This document shows, one piece after another, positions 55,801 to 64,000 of a DNA stretch of 64,000 bases. The stretch's first letter is position 1, and each line of letters starts with the position of its first letter. Under the pieces are notes generated by a model that was not told the DNA's origin, did no database searches, and saw nothing but the letters and a program-made list of their open reading frames with translations. Position numbers and translations under genes: made by a program. The stretch comes from Adineta vaga (lineage: Eukaryota; Animalia; Rotifera), in contig CP075497.1 in assembly GCA_021613535.1 (NCBI GenBank), forward strand, positions 2,356,001 through 2,420,000. Reading direction: 5' to 3'.

Positions 55801-57240
55801 TCTTTGATCAAAGAGCTTTTTGCGAATTTTCTATATGAAAAGATTTCTCTCTTTTTACTCTACCGAACAATAAAAATAAGATTTGAACATACTATTAAGT
55901 TGGATTCAGTAGATTGAATCTAAACTGTCGAGACATTCTTGAAGTAAAAACCTATTTTATGTGAAAGAGTACGTGCCCAAGGGCCAAATTTTTTCTCATC
56001 AGACTTACTATATAATCAACTGAGAAGAATAAAAAAGTCATGATATTACGTCTTATGATTACCGAGAAATCAAAGACGCAAAATTAAACATCTATTGTGA
56101 CATTCAGGAAAAAAAATAACACATATTCCGTCGTATTTTTAGTTTTTCATTTGATTTAAAAGCAAATTAAAAAAAGTCTTTTTTGTCACAACATTTCTCG
56201 CTGTTTGCTCTACTGAATAGTGAAAAAACCGTTAATTACTTTAACACCAGCGTCAGTATATTGAATTCAATGTACCGAAATATAAACTAGTCAAAGTGTA
56301 AGTTTCTCTAATTTGGTCAGGAAATCAGAAGCTGACGATATCTCGGGTATAGAATTTCTAGGATAATAAATTTTTATATGTTCAAAAATATGAGACAAGA
56401 GACTGCTTCTCATTCTGACCTGTCTTACTTGGAAATTCTATAATGATAAAAGTCAAAAGTCTTAATAGTTTGACGCTGAGTATGATAAAATCAAGAGACT
56501 ATTTCAAAAATTACAATTAGTTGATTAGAACTTGAAAGATAAGCATTGTTATGATGAAAACATAACCATACAATCCAAGTACAATTCATTAATATATGTA
56601 ATAATTTAATCGTGATATTTATTGAAAACTAGAGAATTTCTATCGCCTTTGTGTCAACAAGGATAACTCTTTTTGTATGAACGATTCGTTTAAATATACA
56701 GAAGAAATGATATTTCCCAAAAATGTTTCACATCTAAAGATGCATTTTAGTGTAGAATAGCATGCATGAAAAAACACAAAGATCTATTATTGCAGCGATA
56801 TTACCGATTATGTCCTCTGAAAACATTAGTATAATACAACATACCATCGTTCATAATTTTTCGTCCATCAATGTAATATCCTGTAGGATATTTTAGTAGA
56901 AGAATAGAATTAAATACAAATGTAGAAATTGATTATTCACTGCATGTTTGCACTTTCGACTATATTTTCACACCCTCTCAAGATGGTTATATGAAATATT
57001 AAAGTTTCCTACTAATCAAAGGTTACAAATGAAGATTCATGCTGACGTAGATATAGTTTTCATGCTCGACGTTATTTGAAATCAAGCGCTACTAATGGAA
57101 GTTTCTTTTTTTTAATCAAAGATAATCCGATTTAGTTTCACTTAATTATAATAAATGATAAAAATACTTACTTCTAAAAGAAACATCTTACATATAAAGG
57201 TGAACTTATTTATTCTACAAACTGTAATTTCTTCGAAAAC

Positions 57241-58182
57241 ATGGTTTACAACATCGAGTTTTCCTTAGCATTTATTTTCGAAATACAAGCGGTAATTATT
57301 TCGATTATTATTTTTCTATACTTTGCACAAAAACCCGATACTCGTTTGAAACGTCATCATCACAGTTGGCTCGCTTTATTGATTATGAATTTTGTTCAAT
57401 TGATCTTAGATCTACCGATAGCATTAAGTTTTTACTATCGAGGACAACTTTGGCCAGAATCAGATTCATTGTGTTCTTGGTGGGTATGGTTAAGTTTTTC
57501 GTGTGATACTGCTGCCTTGTTTCTCATGGTTTGGATTTCAATTGAACGGCATCTCCTCGTTTTTCATTCTCAGATTCTTCTTCAAGGACGATGGAAAAAA
57601 TGGATACTCAATATTATACCGATTTTTATTTGTTTGATCTGGCCACCGATTGCTTATTTAAATTTAGTTGTCTTTCCATCACAATGTACGAATACTTGGG
57701 ATTTTCACACGCTACTTTGTGGACCACCATGCTATACTTTCACAAGTTTTCTTGGAATATATGATTTTGTTTTCAATGTTTGTATTCCTCTTTTTATCAA
57801 TATTCTCGTTAATTTTCTGTTAATTATTCGAATAATCAAAGGAAAAGTATCTCGTCAACAAGCAGTCAATTGGCGACGTAATCGTAAAATGATTCTACAA
57901 TTTTGGGCGATCTCTACACTTCATTTAGCATTATGGTCACCACTTGTAACAGTTAGTCTTATTCAAATGTCAGGAATGCCTACATTTATGGCTGATCAAT
58001 ATACAACTTTAGAATATGTTCTATATTATATGCCATTATTATTGCCGATTACATGTCTATGTGCAATACCAGAATTAGTAACAAAAATCTATGGTTTCTT
58101 TCGTAAAACAAGAATTCATATCGTTACGGTGGCGGACGCACCCGGTACAAGACATGCCATTGTGAATAATCTTCAAAATTGA
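57241..58182 (+). CDS. Intronless class A (rhodopsin-like) GPCR
   Basis: 313 aa with seven hydrophobic segments; WP...LC.WW in ECL1/TM3; SIERH (DRY equivalent); LWSP in TM6. Confidence 0.9.
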   Translation: MVYNIEFSLAFIFEIQAVIISIIIFLYFAQKPDTRLKRHHHSWLALLIMNFVQLILDLPIALSFYYRGQLWPESDSLCSWWVWLSFSCDTAALFLMVWISIERHLLVFHSQILLQGRWKKWILNIIPIFICLIWPPIAYLNLVVFPSQCTNTWDFHTLLCGPPCYTFTSFLGIYDFVFNVCIPLFINILVNFLLIIRIIKGKVSRQQAVNWRRNRKMILQFWAISTLHLALWSPLVTVSLIQMSGMPTFMADQYTTLEYVLYYMPLLLPITCLCAIPELVTKIYGFFRKTRIHIVTVADAPGTRHAIVNNLQN

Positions 58183-58804
58183 CAAATAGCATTTCTTATT
58201 TTGTTTTCATGAAATGATTAAAAAGCTTTATTTGTCGTTCTGTAATTCTTGATGTTACTAATTCTCGTAAACTGAACTATCGTAAATAAATTTACCTTCG
58301 TACGATATTAGTGAAGTGAAAAAAATAGACACTGCTATTCTGTCAAGCATTCATTCTATAAACTACGTACATTATTGATATGAAAGGATGCACACAACTC
58401 GTTTCAAAGAAAGTGCGATTATGAGGAAGAATGTCATATGACCCAAAATATTAGCTGAGAATAAGTACATGTACTCGTATATGTTGGCTTGCTCTATGAC
58501 GTCTCAATAGTGTTTCAAGAAAGGTTAATTCTGCATTATATAAATAGGTTTTGTTACACATGACTATAAATATAGTCATGTCTTTTTCGAATATATTTGT
58601 GAGAATATCTTCCGTGCACTGAAGTACTTTGTTTTTATTGTTGCTGATGTTCTTATTAATTCTTTTTTGTATATAACTGACAGAATGCCACGAACATGCA
58701 CATATACACGCATAATTATCAAGAAAGACAAAAAAAAAGTAACAATATGACAGTAGGCAAAAAAAGGTCGAAAGCAACAGAGATGATCATAACAAAATCA
58801 GATC

Positions 58805-60131
58805 TTAAACATTAACCATTTCCCATAGACCATAAGTACTGCCAACTGTATTTTGCCATAGACGTAATGTTCCATCTTCACTTCCTGATGCATAAACTTC
58901 TCCATCAGGTGAATACGACATGCAATGAATTGGACCAAAATGACCTTTGTATGATTCTATACGAAGATTATAAACATATATGATGTTGTTTATAGAATTT
59001 GTCATACCTAGCTCAACACCTGTTTCAAAATTGTATTTATATATACGAAAATCTAATCCACCACAAACAAATTCTCGTGCAGTCGGATGAAACGTCGCGG
59101 TATTCATCTCACATGGCATTTCAAATGATTGCAACTTGTTCAATCTATATAAAATATCGAAATAAATGATAGGAAAATCTATTAAAACGAAACATACGTA
59201 TTGCCATCGTAGATTTCTACTTTTTTCCCGTGAGTAATAAGTAATGAAGCTTGATCATCACGTGAAATTTCAATACTATTAGGTGGCGAAGGAAAATCAA
59301 TTGTTGATATACAATTTCCTGAGTCAATATCAAAGATTCTTTAAAATAAAAAAAGGCAAATATCTAGAAACAACAAAGAATTTAAAACTTGAATATTTAC
59401 TTTACAGTCTTGTCATCAGATGCTGTACAAATACGTTTAGCATCCATAAAGATTGCTTTCTTTACTGCACCTGTATGACCATTAAAGACTTTCACCGGTT
59501 CTACGAATGAAATTAATAAGAAAATTGCTTTTTTTTCCATCAAATATCTTACCTGTTGGTGCAGTAACATCGTATATTTTTATTAATTTTTCATTAGATC
59601 CAGTCAATAACCATTCTTTATTTATTGTTGAGAAATCTACCGAACGAACGATATGCTTATGCTCAAATGTTTGTAATTCTGCACCCGTATTCGCATCCCA
59701 TAATTTCGCTGTAAAATCTGAACCAGCTGTTGCAGCTAATTCAGCATTTCCTGTTATCGTTGCTCCCCATACTGCTCCTTTATGACCAATAAAACTACCA
59801 ATCCTAAGGAATAACAAAAAAAAAACAAATCAAAATTAACTCTCAAGGAATCCGTTGATCTTACCAATCACCCGAATCACCTTCGCGTAACATTGGTATT
59901 CCATCTAGATATGAATCTAAGTTATAATATATAGGAAAATTTTTGTAGAAACTTACCTTTACAAGCGCTTATTAAGAAGTAACTGTATTTCGTTACATCA
60001 CTAAAGCGAAGATCAACAACTAAATGAAAATAATTTTAAAAGATCGTAAAGAAATTCTTCGAAATTAATTAACCTGGTCTTGTATGACCGTTGCATGTAA
60101 TAGGTACTTGCCGAAGAGTTGTTGTTGACAT
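58805..60131 (-). CDS. STRAP: Serine-threonine kinase receptor-associated protein (unrip), WD40
   Basis: [85 protein letters not shown].TYGLW. Confidence 0.96.
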
Positions 60132-60707
60132 AATTGAAATAAAAATATATAGGACGAATTAAAATAATTGTTGTTCTTTAATTTTTCAGTTGAGATATTT
60201 GAAGAAAAATAAATAAGATAATGATTATGTACAATGAATTGAAACGAGAGAAAAAGAGAAGAATATTAACGTTTGAAATGAACTAGAAACATAAACTTGA
60301 TTTTGTAACTCTAGAAGAAAAGAAAACAAGTTGTAAATTACTAATCAATAAACCCTTCTTTTTTTTCGTGTTTTTTATTTACATTGATGATCATATAAAT
60401 AGTTTAAGAAGAAACAAACAAAAAATAAATAAACAAACACCTTGAAACTAAATAGCACTTGTCTGTCTGTTCCATACAAAACAAAGTTTAGAAGAAAAAC
60501 AGAGAAGAAAGACATGCACCCAAGAAATCTTCTTTTTGTTTGTTTGATTTACTATTACAGATAACAAACCAAAAACTAAAAGTAATTTGAGAATTTCGAT
60601 TGTAGTCTATAGTACGAATAGATTCTATAGGATAAAAATTGTCACTCATATATCATATATATGGAAAGACATCAGGTATGTGTAATGATCATATGTACAG
60701 ATAGTAT

Positions 60708-62829
60708 TTAACCCTTTCCATTGTAAAATTTTAACGCTCTTTTGAGTAATGGTGGTACTACTGGTTCTAAAAGAACGAAACAATAGTTTGTTTGAAGGAA
60801 AAAAAAGAGATGGAGATTTTTATTTACTTTTTGGTTTGGCTTGTCCTCGAGCAGGTTTTGATGGCGGAAGACCGACAACTTCTCGACTAATTTTCTTTAT
60901 ATTACCAGTATTTATTTGACGATTGGCTGTTGGACGCATAGCGAGTGATTTTGTTTGACGACCTGAAGAGAAAATGAGGTGACAAAAATTGATAATTACA
61001 TGCTAATTACCTGTATCAACTGTTTGCTCTTTCTTCTTTTTTGCAAGTTCTGTTATGTATTTTAAGCGTGCTTCATTTTCATTAAATTTACGCTGAAAAG
61101 AAAGGACAAAATTGAAATCCAGAAAGATTTTCTCGATTTTCCTACCTGATAGAGATCATAATAAGTTTCGTCTTCATCTAATTCAGCATCTTTATAATGT
61201 ATTGAACAAAATTTTTGCCATAATGGTTGCACTTCATCAAAGTAATCCTTCAAATACATAAAAAGATTTATTTCAAAATCAGATGTAAATCCTTTTTACT
61301 TACAGGATTATTATAAACTATATCATTTAGTTGTTGAGGTGTAGCAATGTCGAGTATTGGTTTAACTAATTCATAAGGAAGTCGATTGAAATGCGTATGA
61401 GAAATGTCTTAAGAAATTAAAATGAGTTATATAGTTTGTGAAAGATTTGAAGATCAAACTATTACCTTCAACATTATCTTTGAGAACATCAACACAAAGA
61501 TCTTGAAGAGATGGAATATTGGTACGGCTAGCACGTTTACCAGAATAGATTGCTTGACGTCCTTGTCTTGGACGAAGAAAATTAAAGGTATCTGTAAAAT
61601 TGAACGAATAGAAAGTGAAATCATTTTTGAGATTCATAAAAGATTTTTACCAGATTTTTTTGTATTCGGTGCTGGTTGTGATTGTGTTGGACGAGGTGGT
61701 GGTTGTGAATGTTCGAGAGAAGCAATGCTTGATGCGATTGCTGCTTTTATTGAATGACTATCCGTTTTATTTGTTGTTGATGATGATGATTTCTTTTCCT
61801 AAGAATATGAATCATAAAATTTCATAACAAAGAATACCAATGACTTATTCTACCTGTTGACCTTTATTGTTTACTGTTGTTTTGATCTGTACAGGTGGAG
61901 ATGGTTTACTATTATCTTCATCATCATCATCGTCGTCTTCATCTTCCGCCCAAATATCCTTTTGTTTTGTAATTTTTTGATTATTGTTGATTATCGGTTT
62001 TGTAAGATGGCCATTAGCAATGGCATCGTTTCGACTGTTATTTCGTGTTATTATTTTATTCACATCCTTTGAAATTTGAGGAGCACTAGCTGCTAATTCA
62101 TCATATTTTGCATTGAATTGTGCATAGATTTCTTCAATTTCAGTCTTAGATAATTCACTTTGAGTAGAATTGACAACTGTTGAAGTGGGTTTTTTATGTG
62201 CGGTATATTCAGCAAGTGAAAGAACTTTTCGTCTTTTGACTGATGATGATTGATTTCGATCATTTGGTTTACCGTCATCAGATGAGTGAGATTCACTGAA
62301 AAAAAGTCAAATAGATAAAACGTAAGATTATTCATTGTCAAACCTCAATGAATGCGAACGTGTTTTATCTTCCTCATCATCATCAGAGCATTTTCGTTTT
62401 ATTGAAAGTCTCTTTTCTTGAGCTGGTTTCGTTGTATTTGTGATTGTTTTAACTTTAGTTGAATTATTTGATTTTGAGAATTTATTTCCACTATGCCATT
62501 TATCTAAAAGACTCTGCGCTGTTGCGTTGTATGAAGTTGTTTTATCCAATGCAAGTCGATTGACGAGCACATCAATTTTCGTTTCCTTAAAATAAAAGAA
62601 AAATCAATCATTTTATTCGATATTCAATTAGTTATTTACTCGGAGTAATGCCGGAGTCATCGAAGTATGATGTAATTTTTGAAGATATTCTTTGACCTAA
62701 AATAAATATCAGTAAATAAAAGTAAACCAACAAAATCTTCCTTACCTTATCATTCTGTTTTAAACCAAGATATTTATCTAATTTGTTTTTAACTGATTCA
62801 ATCATACTGATGGCTGTTTCACTGCTCAT
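60708..62829 (-). CDS. ELOA: Elongin A (RNA polymerase II elongation factor), multi-exon
   Basis: TFIIS-N-like start ([14 protein letters not shown]...AQSLLDKW); RQAIYSGK; BC box [14 protein letters not shown]; [15 protein letters not shown]; LWQKFC; C-terminal [11 protein letters not shown]. Confidence 0.88.
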
Positions 62830-64000
62830 GTTTGCTGTTCAATCTAAGATAATATTCGAATGAATAACAATGTTCGAAGTGATATTTGAAAAAAGTTTTA
62901 TTCCGCAAAGAAAATGTTCAAGGTATTTTACATAATCGAAATGCGAATTTTCCCTTTAGTCATTTTTCGTTGAAGTAAATAAGTAAATAAAGAAAGAAAA
63001 CGATGGACGGAGGATGTGATGTTGCAATATGCAGCGGTAAAAATATGAAATAAGATTAGTTGATAAGAGAACAAATCAACGAATAGGAAAAAAGAAATTT
63101 ACTATACACAACTGATGATGATGACGATGTCGTTACTTGTTGAGTTCTATTAATGAGACATTTTTTATACCATTTAACATACTTTACATATGAAAAACTA
63201 TATTCGTGTTCGAATTTCAAGCATATCAACGGAACTATAGATTTAAAAACAATGGATCATTCCAGAAACAACAGTTTAGGTATTTATGAGTCTCAGGTTT
63301 TCAAGAATGTAAAAATAAAACACAAAAATTTCAAGGAATACTATTTATTCATATATATTTGTACTGATTCATGATCCATTGTTCATAGAATCATTGTTGT
63401 AATTTGGATGCAATGCTATCTATAGATAGTTAATTGTGAGAAGTGGTTGCTTGATATTAGGATCCAATCAGAGAAGAACATGAAATAAACCTCACTCACC
63501 TAGGTCTGTCTCTATAGTATAGTAGTAGTAGTTCTGCATGATTCGTTTTGTTTCTGAAGATATCGCGAAACATCCGGAGTAAGAAATTGAAGAAACTCAT
63601 CAACTATGTCAAGAGTATAGTAAGAGATAAGGGTAGAGTAACATACTAGTCAAATATAAGAAATTTATTGCGGAAAAAGAAAACAAATAGATTGTTTCAA
63701 TCATCATGGTATTTGGTAAATATGGGAATGGTAATGGGAAGATAGTTTTTTTTAGCGAATGGGAATCAGAAAAAGTCATTCCTGCAAAACACTAGTACTT
63801 AGACATAACCTTTTATCATATAATAGTTTTTTCCTATACTTCAAAACACACACATGGGTGTGGTAGTAAAGAAACGATAAATATTTTCTTTTTTTGCATA
63901 GTTTGATGTCTATGTTGAAAATTTTCAATTTCATGTTTTTCTCGACCACACGTCAAAACATGCTTCCATTTAGTGAAAATTGCCATGTTACCATTGTGTG

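Noticed and set aside
53401-55917. ORFs such as 53991-54266 and 55621-55917
   Set aside because: No domain similarity or consistent exon structure; probably regulatory or intergenic sequence upstream of the 52828 gene.
56245-56480. Possible MITE (cagcgtca/tgacgctg and tatagaatttc/gaaattctata inverted pairs)
   Set aside because: The matches are short, the two pairs have different centres, and there is no TSD.
63720-63796. GGGAAT repeats ending in cactagt, resembling a hAT or Helitron terminus
   Set aside because: No matching other end or coding remnant is visible.

Overview
AT-rich, gene-dense eukaryotic (animal) genomic DNA with many ~45-65 nt GT-AG introns, so the ORF track shows only exon fragments. 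Composition, intron size and gene families (F-box/LRR relics, an intronless rhodopsin-like GPCR, an intron-containing bacterial-type RtcB) point to a bdelloid rotifer (inference). Recognisable genes: RPL39, cathepsin D, CEP135-like, tincar-like, tyrosine hydroxylase, two tandem T-box genes, two tandem myophilin/transgelin genes, an AA15 LPMO, eIF2-alpha, RtcB, a cystatin, a GPCR, STRAP and Elongin A, plus several lineage-specific genes. About 6-13 kb is decayed, holding F-box/LRR pseudogene pieces, an internally deleted MULE and a short dispersed repeat. Most notable: (1) a bacterial-type RtcB RNA ligase with five spliceosomal introns and a mitochondrial-presequence-like N-terminus, 131 bp downstream of a cystatin in an operon-like layout; (2) a probable box C/D snoRNA in the RPL39 5'UTR intron; (3) a 105-aa neuropeptide-precursor-like gene missed by the ORF track; (4) T-box genes with Tbx4/5-like residues. 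Gene models were spliced by eye, so boundaries may be off by a few bases. Family calls come from recalled motifs, not database searches.
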